Positions 9,224 through 17,516 of a DNA stretch of 39,789 bases are shown here, piece by piece. The number at the start of each line of letters is the position of its first letter. Within the stretch, counting starts at the first letter, position 1. The notes beneath the pieces are model-generated. The model had not been told where the DNA came from. It saw only the letters and a program-made list of their open reading frames with translations, and did not search any database. Position numbers and translations under genes: made by a program. This stretch comes from an uncultured Smithella sp. (GTDB lineage: Bacteria > Desulfobacterota > Syntrophia > Syntrophales > Smithellaceae): assembly GCA_964405915.1 (NCBI GenBank), contig CAYOPU010000002.1:1-39789 (forward strand), in the 5' to 3' direction.

Positions 9224-10408
9224 ATGACCATGAAACAAAGAACAACAAAAACAACCGGCGGTTTTCCGCGCCGGTCGATCCCCGTCATTCTGTTGCTGCT
9301 GGTGATATTGCATCTTCAACCGGCCCTGGCCGCGCCTGTACCGGATAGTTCCCACGATCTTTCCGATGCGGCCATCAGGCTTGTTCAGTTCGGTACGGAT
9401 TCCAAAGCCAGTCTCGATTCCCGGGCGGTTGCCGCTCTTGTGGATTATGTTCTCGGATCCAAACCGCATAAGGAAACCGAGCTTCCGGCGTTCAACAAAG
9501 CCACCGGCGCCTATTGTGAATTCGATACAAGGATCAGTTTTTCCAATTTTCTGCAATACTCTTACAACCGCCAGATTCCCGCGGTTCTCAGGAGTCCGTC
9601 GTCTCTGCGATATTCTCTTTGGAACTCCCAGCAGGGAAAATTGCAGAAATTGCCCAAAAGTTGGGTGTTGGTCTCGCCGAACAGCAAGCCGGAGATCATC
9701 CGCGGATTAGAGCACGATGCCATCACACCGGACCTTAACACAGGGATCTATTATGAACACGATCTCCAGAGAACGCTCATCCTTTTCAACCACAAGGGAC
9801 GGCACGCGCTTATTACCATATCCAAACAGATCAACATATCTGATGTCGGTAAAAAGGGCGTTATCCTGGGAAATGATGATGACTGGAATTACTACTATTC
9901 AGGAGAGCCGGGATCGACCAAAGCGGGTTTGGGATGGGTGAAATCTTACATCTATGACTATTTTTCCGTGACCGTTTACGTTGAGGCGGGCGCTTCGTCA
10001 GGCATGGTGCGAACCGGCGTTTTTCAATGGATTCGCGCAGGCTGGTCCGGATTTAATTTCGTGCAAACGGAGCATGTCATCAAGGGAATCAAACGATTTG
10101 CAAAAAATTCAAAATCCGTCCTTGAATCACCGAATCTGCCCTCGCCAAATCAGATCGCTTCGGTTTATCAACGGTTTTCCTCTTTGCCTCAGAGTGATTT
10201 GCTGGAAAAATATGCGGCGCTGCAACTGGCTCGCCAGTCACTGGCTGTTCAGAGCGGTAAAATCAAAACGGATAAAATGAAAAGACAGAACTTCGGCGCC
10301 GGCATCCCTCAAGAACAGATGGTTGAAGAATTGATGCTGGAGTATTTAAAGATTGCCCTGGGCAAGCCGTCTCTGTTGGGGAAGCAAGTTGTTTCAGGCA
10401 TTAATTAA
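9224..10408 (+). CDS. Secreted hypothetical protein (no family recognised)
   Basis: ORF 9173..10408. The likely start is ATG 9224 (MTMKQRTTKTTGGFPRRSIPVILLLLVILHLQPALA/APVPD), which gives a classic Sec signal peptide. The remaining ~355 aa have no motif I can place. Confidence 0.7.
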   Translation: MTMKQRTTKTTGGFPRRSIPVILLLLVILHLQPALAAPVPDSSHDLSDAAIRLVQFGTDSKASLDSRAVAALVDYVLGSKPHKETELPAFNKATGAYCEFDTRISFSNFLQYSYNRQIPAVLRSPSSLRYSLWNSQQGKLQKLPKSWVLVSPNSKPEIIRGLEHDAITPDLNTGIYYEHDLQRTLILFNHKGRHALITISKQINISDVGKKGVILGNDDDWNYYYSGEPGSTKAGLGWVKSYIYDYFSVTVYVEAGASSGMVRTGVFQWIRAGWSGFNFVQTEHVIKGIKRFAKNSKSVLESPNLPSPNQIASVYQRFSSLPQSDLLEKYAALQLARQSLAVQSGKIKTDKMKRQNFGAGIPQEQMVEELMLEYLKIALGKPSLLGKQVVSGIN

Positions 10409-10495
10409 AAAGCTGTTTTAACGACTCAAATGCCAAAGGGTTGATATAACCGGATATCGTTTTTTATCGGAAAGCTGAACGGAGGTTAAAGGACA

Positions 10496-13333
10496 ATGGC
10501 AGTTAAACCCAAAGGCGCCGTTAAATCTGGAGCATTGGTTAAACATAAATCCACAGCCAAACTACCGTCGAAAACCAAACCACCATCAAAAGTGAAACCC
10601 AAAACGGTCGTCAAACCGAAAAAGAGCGGACATGCCGAACAAAGCGATTTTTCCCTCTTTTCAGAAGACATTCTATCCAATGTCGGCGTAGGAACCTATA
10701 TTGTGCAAGAGGGAAAATTTGTTTACGTCAGCAAGCTCTATCAGAAACTGTCCGGCTATTCGGAACAGGAACTCATCAACCGGAATTCCCTTGATTACAT
10801 TCATCCGGATGATCGGGTTGTGACTCGAAAAAACGCTATTAAGGCCCTGAAGCGAGAAAGTTCAGAACCTTATGAATACAGGTTCATTAAAAAAAGCCAT
10901 GACATCATTTATGTGCTGGAGATGGTCACGTCCGTGACCTATAAGGGAAAGCGGGCTGCGCTGGGCAATTTTATGGATATTACCGAGCGCAAACGGATCG
11001 AAGATGAATTAAGAAAGAGCGAACTGGCCTTTCGGAGCATTTTTGAATCCAGTCCCGTGGGGATTTTTACCATCGTCGACCGGACATTCATACAGGTAAA
11101 CCCGGCATTTTGCAAAATGACAGGCTATTTACCGGAAGAACTTATCGGGCAGTCCGTGCTTTTGGGTTACCGCGATGAAGAAGAGTATAAACGCACGGGG
11201 AAAGTTCTTTACGGTCAGGTCCTGCAGGACGGAAGGGGATTTGTGGAAGCGTGCATGAGGCGCAAGAATGGTGAAAGCTTTGATGGTTTGTTATATCTCA
11301 GTTCCATTGATCCACAGGATTTTGCGGCAGGATTTGAAGTCATCATCATGGATATCACCGAGCGCAAACAGGCCGAAAAAGCCCTGAAAACCGCCAATAA
11401 ACAGATGCAGGACATTATCGACTTTTTGCCCGACGCTACCTTTATTACCGATAATGATCATCAGGTCCTTGCCTGGAATCGTGCCATGGAAGAATTGACC
11501 GGTCTGTCCAAAATGGAGATGATGAGTCTGGATGAGAACAATGCCTCCGTCCCTTTCTACAGTGAACTGCGGAATCTGGTCGAAATGGATGATCAGGAGC
11601 TGGCCGCGGGATATTCCAGGGTCAGACGCATTGGAGCTATTGTTCATGCCGAAGCATTCATACCGTCGCTCTATCATAACCGGGGCGCCTATGTCTTTGT
11701 GGCTGTCAGTCCGCTTCTGGACAGCGCCGGCAATACCGTTGGCCATATCGAATCGATCCGTGATATTACCGAGCAAAAGCGGGCTGAAGAAAAACTGCAC
11801 AAAGAGGAGCAGCGGTTCCGGGTTTTCACGGAGCAGTCTTTAGATTTGATTCTGCTGGTGAATCGGGATGGGCGAATCATTTATGAAAATCCCGCCGTGC
11901 ATCGTGTTTTAGGGTTGGATATTGATGAAAGAATAGGCAAAAGCGTATTTGATAATGTTCATCCGGACGATATGGATCTTGTCGTCAAAACATTCCATTT
12001 ATTATTTCGGGATGTCAATGCCCCCGTGCAGAAAAATGAACTTCGCGTTCGCCACACGGATGGAATCTGGAGAACGTTTGAAGTTGTGGCAAGCAGCGTG
12101 GTGGATGAAAAAGTCGTTGACGCGGTGATTGTCAATCTTCGGGATATCACGGATCGCAAACGGGCTGAGGAAGAACAAGAGAAGCTGCAGACGCAGTTGA
12201 TTCACGCCCAGAAGATGGAATCCGTAGGACGGCTGGCGGGCGGGATAGCCCACGATTTCAACAACATGCTGGGGGTTATTCTGGGGCGTGCGGAGATGGC
12301 TTTGACGCGGATCGATTCCCGGCAACCTTTATATAAAGACCTGCAGGAAATTCAGAAGGCCGCCGAGCGATCCGCCAATCTCACCAGGCAGTTGCTGGCC
12401 TTTGCGCGTAAGCAGACCGTGGCGTTGAAAGTGCTTGATCTGAACGAGACGGTGGAAGGGATGCTCAAGATGCTCCGGCGGCTTATCGGCGAGGATATTG
12501 AGCTTGCCTGGCTGCCCAATGACGGTCAGCTGCCGGTCAGGATGGATCCCGGGCAGATTGACCAGATTCTGGCGAATCTCTGCGTCAACGCCAGGGACGC
12601 CATTGCCGACGTGGGGAAGATCACCATCGAAACGGGAGCCGTGGTTTTCGATGAAGCCCGCCACGCCCGCCACATGGACTTTATTCCCGGAGATTATGTG
12701 ATGATCGCCGTGAGCGATGATGGTACCGGCATGGACAAGGAAACGCTGGATAAGCTGTTTGAGCCTTTCTTTACCACCAAGGATGTGGGGCAGGGCACCG
12801 GGCTTGGTCTGGCGACGGTGTATGGCATTGTCAAGCAGAACGGCGGTTTTGTTAATGTGTACAGCGAACACGGTCGGGGAACGACCTTCCGGATCTACCT
12901 TCCCCGTCATGTGGGCAAGGCCGAAAAGCTCCCCAAAGAAGAAAAGACGACTGTCCCGGGCAGTGAGATCGTACTTTTGGTGGAGGATGAACCGGCGATT
13001 CTGGAGATGACGACCATGATGCTTGAACGACTGGGTTACAGGGTGCTGATGGCAAACACGCCTGGCGAAGCCATTTTGCTGGCCCAAAATCATTCAGGGG
13101 ATATCCATCTGCTCATGACCGACGTGGTGATGCCCGAGATGAACGGTCGGGATCTGTCAAAAAATATTTTATCCCTCTACCCGGCTATCAAGCGCCTGTT
13201 CATGTCCGGCTATACGGCTAACGTCATTGCTCACCAGGGCGTGCTTGACGAAGGGGTGCATTTTATCCAGAAGCCGTTTTCCATGAGCGGTCTGGCCGCT
13301 AAACTGCGCGAGGTCATCGATAAAGCATTTTAA
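10496..13333 (+). CDS. Cytoplasmic hybrid sensor histidine kinase (Lys/Pro-rich tail - 4x PAS - HisKA - HATPase - REC), paralog of 6172..8892
   Basis: 945 aa. PAS blocks end in FMDITERK, IMDITERK, IRDITEQK and LRDITDRK. H-box [34 protein letters not shown]-terminal receiver ([13 protein letters not shown]). GGAGG lies 10 nt upstream of the ATG. Confidence 0.93.
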   Translation: MAVKPKGAVKSGALVKHKSTAKLPSKTKPPSKVKPKTVVKPKKSGHAEQSDFSLFSEDILSNVGVGTYIVQEGKFVYVSKLYQKLSGYSEQELINRNSLDYIHPDDRVVTRKNAIKALKRESSEPYEYRFIKKSHDIIYVLEMVTSVTYKGKRAALGNFMDITERKRIEDELRKSELAFRSIFESSPVGIFTIVDRTFIQVNPAFCKMTGYLPEELIGQSVLLGYRDEEEYKRTGKVLYGQVLQDGRGFVEACMRRKNGESFDGLLYLSSIDPQDFAAGFEVIIMDITERKQAEKALKTANKQMQDIIDFLPDATFITDNDHQVLAWNRAMEELTGLSKMEMMSLDENNASVPFYSELRNLVEMDDQELAAGYSRVRRIGAIVHAEAFIPSLYHNRGAYVFVAVSPLLDSAGNTVGHIESIRDITEQKRAEEKLHKEEQRFRVFTEQSLDLILLVNRDGRIIYENPAVHRVLGLDIDERIGKSVFDNVHPDDMDLVVKTFHLLFRDVNAPVQKNELRVRHTDGIWRTFEVVASSVVDEKVVDAVIVNLRDITDRKRAEEEQEKLQTQLIHAQKMESVGRLAGGIAHDFNNMLGVILGRAEMALTRIDSRQPLYKDLQEIQKAAERSANLTRQLLAFARKQTVALKVLDLNETVEGMLKMLRRLIGEDIELAWLPNDGQLPVRMDPGQIDQILANLCVNARDAIADVGKITIETGAVVFDEARHARHMDFIPGDYVMIAVSDDGTGMDKETLDKLFEPFFTTKDVGQGTGLGLATVYGIVKQNGGFVNVYSEHGRGTTFRIYLPRHVGKAEKLPKEEKTTVPGSEIVLLVEDEPAILEMTTMMLERLGYRVLMANTPGEAILLAQNHSGDIHLLMTDVVMPEMNGRDLSKNILSLYPAIKRLFMSGYTANVIAHQGVLDEGVHFIQKPFSMSGLAAKLREVIDKAF

Positions 13334-13445
13334 ATTCATGGGCATCCGGCAGCGCGTTTTTGTGATGTTTACGGATGCCAAGTTGCCATTAAATGTAAAA
13401 AGTCGTACGGGTCTTTAAACTCGTTTTGCTCAAAAAGGAAAAGCA

Positions 13446-14285
13446 ATGAAAATAGGTTTGGCTTTGGGGGGCGGCGGCGTTCGGGGTCTGGCGCATGTTC
13501 CTATTCTGGAGGCTCTGGATGACCTCGGCATCAGGCCGAGCATGATTTCGGGAACCAGCGTGGGCGCCATCATCGGCGCTCTTTACGCCTCCGGGATGTC
13601 CGGGAGGGAGATCCGGGAGCGTATTTCCAGATACCTCATTTTGAAAGACGATACCTGGCAGGATATCGTGGCGAAGAAAAGCGACCTGCTGAAATGGGTC
13701 ACGGCGTTTTCCGCGGGATTGCCTCGTGGTGGATTTATGAAAACGCAGAGATTTATCGAGTACCTTTTCGGCGAAATAAAGAAGACAACTTTTGAAGAAC
13801 TGAATATTCCTCTTTTAGTCATTACCGCAAACTACTGGACGGCAGAGGAAGTTGTATTTGAAGCAGGTGATTTGCTTCCTGCTTTGCAGGCCAGCATGGC
13901 CGTATCGGGGGTGTTTGCTCCAGTGTCCATTGATGATAAAGTGCTCATTGATGGGGGCGTCGTTAACCTGGTTCCCTACGATCACCTGATCGAGCGAACT
14001 GATTTCACCATCGCCGTGGATGTGAGCAAGGTTCGCAATAACGGCCATCATGGAATTCCCGGCGCTCTTGAATCAGTATTCGGGGCTTTCAATATCATGC
14101 AGACGTCGGCCCTTGCTGAAAAGATGAAACACAAAAAGCCGGACATCTATATCCAGCAGGAAATTCAGGATGTGCGGATGTTTGATTTTGGAAAAGTTGC
14201 GGACATTTTCCTGCAGGCCCAACCGGCGGCTGATTTGCTTAAAAAGAAATTGAACGGTGCGGCCATTTCCGGAAAAACGGTCTGA
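13446..14285 (+). CDS. Patatin-like phospholipase (RssA/NTE-like)
   Basis: 279 aa. GGGGVRG oxyanion-hole motif, GTSVG nucleophile elbow (GxSxG), and DGG catalytic Asp motif (LIDGGVVN). Confidence 0.9.
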   Translation: MKIGLALGGGGVRGLAHVPILEALDDLGIRPSMISGTSVGAIIGALYASGMSGREIRERISRYLILKDDTWQDIVAKKSDLLKWVTAFSAGLPRGGFMKTQRFIEYLFGEIKKTTFEELNIPLLVITANYWTAEEVVFEAGDLLPALQASMAVSGVFAPVSIDDKVLIDGGVVNLVPYDHLIERTDFTIAVDVSKVRNNGHHGIPGALESVFGAFNIMQTSALAEKMKHKKPDIYIQQEIQDVRMFDFGKVADIFLQAQPAADLLKKKLNGAAISGKTV

Positions 14286-14440
14286 GCCGGGCGCAGGATT
14301 TTTCACGGTCTATTACTGATATAACGGTCCTTTTCACCTTGCAGAATAAAGCGGCGTTGCGAGTTTGGCACATCCGGTTTTGTGGTCCCCTTGCGGATGA
14401 ACTGGGTGTATTCCGGGCTGACTTTTGAAGGAATAATAAA

Positions 14441-14478
14441 GCCCCCTTCGATGATGAAACCGAAGGGGGCTTATTTTA
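14441..14478. terminator. Bidirectional intrinsic terminator between convergent patatin and MFS genes
   Basis: 10-bp GC-rich stem GCCCCCTTCG (14441-14450) / CGAAGGGGGC (14461-14470) with a 10-nt loop. It is followed by TTATTTTA on the + strand and by TTTATTATT on the - strand. Confidence 0.8.
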
Positions 14479-14492
14479 TGCTGTGTGAAAAT

Positions 14493-15785
14493 TTACGCGT
14501 TTTTACCCTTGGGGGCTTTGAAAACGAGTGTAATGCAGAAGCCAACGACTAAAAGGCCGGCGGCAATATACAAAGCCTGAGGTTTGAACGCTTCAAACAC
14601 AAAGGGACCGACGATGCCGGCGACGCTCCAGGCGGTCAGCATGAAGCCATAAACTTTACCGATGTTGGCCGGACCGAATGAATCCGCGGCAAAAGCAGGC
14701 ATGGTCGCGAAGCCGCCGCCGTAGCAGGCCAGAAGATAACAGGACGCAAAAATGAAAGGCCAATAGGTGGCGATGAATCCTTTGGCAACCAGCACGTACA
14801 AAACAGCCTGCGTGGCAAACATGATCAGGAACACCATTTTGCGGCCGATGTTATCGGAAATTTTTGCCCAGAAAAGACGTCCCAGACCATTGAAAATCGC
14901 AGCATAGGCCACAACAGCGCCACCGGCAGCCGCTACAACAGCGACTTGTTCCGGCGTTAAATTACCAGTTAATCCTTCTGTCTTTTTGTAAATATCCTGA
15001 GCCAGCGGAGAGTGCTGGGAAATAAGGCCAAGACCGGCGGATACGTTGATGCAAAGCATGGACCAGAGCATCCACCACTGGGGGGTCTTGACCGCTTCAC
15101 CTAAAGTGAAAGAATCAGCCGCGGAAACTGAAGTGGAGGCGGGTTTAAAACCGGCAGGCAGCCACCCGGCAGGAGGATTCTTAAACAACTGGGCGGATCC
15201 GGTTACCAGAACAAGGAAGATCACACCCCAGATATACCATGTGTTGGAAACACCGGATGAGATCATTTTTCCGGTGGGATCAATCTGCTGGAAAGACTTG
15301 ATCATGATCGGAGCGATTTTTCCCATAAAGAAAGCGCCCGCGCCAAAACCCATAACGGCCAGACCGGTTACCAAACCGCGCTTATCCGGGAACCAGCGAA
15401 TCAGTGTTGCAATGGGTGTAACGTAACCGAAGCCATTGCCCAATGCGCAGATTACACCGAATCCAAGGTAAAGAAGAGCGATACTTCCCACCTGATCGGC
15501 ATAACCGGCGACCAATGTTCCGATGCCAAAAAGGATACCGCCAATTGTGGCCACAAAACGGGGACCCTTTTTATCGACCAGAGTGCCGCCGAAAGCAGCT
15601 GCCAATCCAAGAATACCCATAAGAATCATGAAGGTGTATTGGACTGATTTTCCATCCCATCCGTGCATTTGCATTAAGGGCATTTTAAAAACAGACCATG
15701 CATACACGGTGCCCAGACAGAGCTGAATAATAACAGCTGCCGCGGCAATTCCCCATCTCTTTGTTTCTAAATTCTCATTCGCCAT
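14493..15785 (-). CDS. MFS transporter, oxalate/formate antiporter (OFA) family
   Basis: 430 aa with about 12 hydrophobic segments. The N-terminus KRWGIAAAAVIIQLCLGTVYAWSVF is characteristic of OFA-type MFS carriers. SD GGAAG lies 9 nt upstream. Confidence 0.88.
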   Translation of the reverse strand: MANENLETKRWGIAAAAVIIQLCLGTVYAWSVFKMPLMQMHGWDGKSVQYTFMILMGILGLAAAFGGTLVDKKGPRFVATIGGILFGIGTLVAGYADQVGSIALLYLGFGVICALGNGFGYVTPIATLIRWFPDKRGLVTGLAVMGFGAGAFFMGKIAPIMIKSFQQIDPTGKMISSGVSNTWYIWGVIFLVLVTGSAQLFKNPPAGWLPAGFKPASTSVSAADSFTLGEAVKTPQWWMLWSMLCINVSAGLGLISQHSPLAQDIYKKTEGLTGNLTPEQVAVVAAAGGAVVAYAAIFNGLGRLFWAKISDNIGRKMVFLIMFATQAVLYVLVAKGFIATYWPFIFASCYLLACYGGGFATMPAFAADSFGPANIGKVYGFMLTAWSVAGIVGPFVFEAFKPQALYIAAGLLVVGFCITLVFKAPKGKNA

Positions 15786-15809
15786 ACTTTTTTTCTTCCT
15801 TTCTTGCCT

Positions 15810-15980
15810 TTAACAAGGCTTTGATATTATTATATTTACCTTTTTGTTGTGTTGTGCAGTGAAGTCTTGTCCGGCTTTTAACAAGATGCCAATCTGGAAG
15901 GGAAAAATTACCAGGATGCCCAGCAATAATGCAAAAGGGAAGGGATGGAAGCGGCTAGTGATGGCATTGCCCGCGTCCAT
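15810..15980 (-). CDS. Possible 56-aa single-TM microprotein immediately upstream of the MFS gene (speculative)
   Basis: This is the internal Met of track ORF 15810..16064: MDAGNAITSRFHPFPFALLLGILVIFPFQIGILLKAGQDFTAQHNKKVNIIISKPC. Its stop is 24 nt before the MFS ATG. The only SD-like element is a G8 tract abutting the ATG. Upstream of this Met the frame overlaps the better-supported 47-aa ORF. Confidence 0.25.
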   Translation of the reverse strand: MDAGNAITSRFHPFPFALLLGILVIFPFQIGILLKAGQDFTAQHNKKVNIIISKPC

Positions 15981-16000
15981 CCCCCCCCAAAAACAATTAT

Positions 16001-16144
16001 CTAGGCGAACGCTGCGGTTGTTCCAACCAGCAGCCCGACGGTAAAGGCAATTGATGCCGCGCACGGTCCTGCCACTGTGACCAGAATGGGCGACACTCCA
16101 AATAAAAGGGCCGCCAAAATTACTCTTCCTTCTCTTGAATCCAT
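16001..16144 (-). CDS. 47-aa hydrophobic microprotein (not in ORF track, below its size cutoff)
   Basis: Hand translation: MDSREGRVILAALLFGVSPILVTVAGPCAASIAFTVGLLVGTTAAFA-stop. A consensus SD AAGGAG lies 6 nt upstream of the ATG (16144). It starts 16 nt after the stop of the OB-fold gene, on the same strand as the flanking operon. Confidence 0.5.
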   Translation of the reverse strand: MDSREGRVILAALLFGVSPILVTVAGPCAASIAFTVGLLVGTTAAFA

Positions 16145-16160
16145 GATCTTCTCCTTAATC

Positions 16161-16625
16161 TTAAATTCTTTTGACGCTGACGGCCGAGATGGCGATCCGT
16201 TCTTTCGATAGCGGGTATTTCATCACCACTCCGACGGCTTCCACCTTGTCTCCGGCAATCACTTTGTTTGCGGGGGCGGTGAACATGATGACCCTTATCT
16301 CTCCCGTGGCGTCTTTAATATGAAAGTGAGGTCTGTTGAGCCATTTAAAGCTGATTTTTTGGACCTCACCCGATATGCGCACAACATTTCCGATCATTGC
16401 CGGGACGATCTTTCCTATTTTGCAGGGGTTCGCCTGAGTTTCAGACTGTTCCTGGGCTTGCGTAAAGCTTCTGCGGCTCATCCAGGCCAGGGTCATCGGG
16501 ATGACCAGCAGCATGATCAGGCCGGGGATGGCATACAAAAAGAAGCCTGCGTTGCCCGTCGCCGCGTAATTCAGGGCCACCGCCGCCGCGCAAATGATGA
16601 AAACTATCCAGGCAAAGACGGACAT
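16161..16625 (-). CDS. Membrane-anchored OB-fold protein (2 N-terminal TM helices + tRNA-anticodon/helicase-type OB barrel pattern)
   Basis: 154 aa. The N-terminus has two hydrophobic helices (FAWIVFIICAAAVAL, FFLYAIPGLIMLLVIPMTLAW). The C-terminus VVRISGEVQKISFKWLNRPHFHIKDATGEIRVIMFTAPANKVIAGDKVEAVGVV follows the classic OB-fold strand pattern. It starts 9 nt after the FNT stop. Confidence 0.7.
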   Translation of the reverse strand: MSVFAWIVFIICAAAVALNYAATGNAGFFLYAIPGLIMLLVIPMTLAWMSRRSFTQAQEQSETQANPCKIGKIVPAMIGNVVRISGEVQKISFKWLNRPHFHIKDATGEIRVIMFTAPANKVIAGDKVEAVGVVMKYPLSKERIAISAVSVKRI

Positions 16626-16634
16626 TCATTACCC

Positions 16635-17516
16635 CTACTCCTTGGGCAGATCATTTCTGAACATCAGAAAGTACGTGACCCCGATGAACAGGAAGCCGCC
16701 CAGAATATTGCCAAGCGTGGCGGGGATCAGGTTCCAGATCCAGATATCACCCCACGAAAGCCCTCCGTTGCCGATCAGCAGAGCGTTGGCGCTCTTTTCG
16801 ATAGCCGCCGGATACCAGTCGGTCAGGAACTTTCCTGCCGGAAGAAAATACATATTGGCTACGCAGTGTTCGAAACCGGTTGCGACGAAGGCCATGATCG
16901 GGAACCAGATGGCGAAAAACTTTCCGACGACGTCGTCTGCCGTAATGGCGAGAAGGATAGCGATGTTGACCAGAAAGTTACAGCCGATGGCTTTGATGAA
17001 GCAGGACCAGAGGCCCGCGGTTCCAACGACTTTATAGGTCAGAATCTTGCCTACGGAAATATTGATGGCGGTCATGCCAAAAGCGTTGACCACCATGCCG
17101 TTTGCCGTGCCGTCAACCAGGGGACCGATGACCATGACATACGCATAGGCCAGTGAGCCGACTAAATTCCCAATGTAAACCCAGACCCAGTTTCTCATCA
17201 CGGCGCCCCAGGTGACCTTTTTCATCATGGCCGCCACGGGGACGATCATACAGTCGCCGGTAAAAAGTTCCATACCGGTCAGGACGATGGCAATCAGGCC
17301 GACGGGAAACACGGCGCCGCTGATTAATTTTGCTCCTCCGGCACCGAGAAACGGCGCTACTCCGGTTGAGCATACGGTGCACAGCGCCGCTCCGATGGCG
17401 ATGTAGGCGCCTGCCATGAATCCTCGAAGCAGCAGGTTGAAAATTGAAAGTTTTGCCTTGCCGACTCCCGCATTACCTACGAGAGCCACCATTTTTGCAG
17501 GGGGGTTAAAAGCCAT
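16635..17516 (-). CDS. Formate/nitrite transporter (FNT) family channel, FocA/NirC-like
   Basis: 293 aa with 6 TM segments. FNT signature blocks GMELFTGDCM and FEHCVANMYF (central His). Confidence 0.9.
   Translation of the reverse strand: MAFNPPAKMVALVGNAGVGKAKLSIFNLLLRGFMAGAYIAIGAALCTVCSTGVAPFLGAGGAKLISGAVFPVGLIAIVLTGMELFTGDCMIVPVAAMMKKVTWGAVMRNWVWVYIGNLVGSLAYAYVMVIGPLVDGTANGMVVNAFGMTAINISVGKILTYKVVGTAGLWSCFIKAIGCNFLVNIAILLAITADDVVGKFFAIWFPIMAFVATGFEHCVANMYFLPAGKFLTDWYPAAIEKSANALLIGNGGLSWGDIWIWNLIPATLGNILGGFLFIGVTYFLMFRNDLPKE

Noticed and set aside
13341-13386. 8-bp GC stem GGCATCCG/CGGATGCC with a 23-nt loop after the 10496..13333 kinase, and a GG-N10-GC match (CGGATGCCAAGTTGCC) upstream of the patatin gene
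   Set aside because: The hairpin has an oversized loop and no U-tract, so it is not a convincing terminator. The sigma-54-like match keeps only GG and TTGC, with a poor -24 box.
14290-14450. ~50-codon open frame on the minus strand downstream of the MFS gene (…IIEGGFIIPSKVSPEYTQFIRKGTTKPDVPNSQRRFILQGEKDRYISNRP-stop) that reads like protein
   Set aside because: It has no ATG, GTG or TTG start after the preceding in-frame TAA. It begins inside the terminator hairpin, so it would not be transcribed with the MFS operon. It could be a gene remnant, but I cannot match it to a family.
16320-17156. 278-aa + strand ORF across the OB-fold and FNT genes
   Set aside because: It is the antisense frame of two well-supported minus-strand genes. 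Its composition is Arg/Asp/Gly-rich and non-protein-like.
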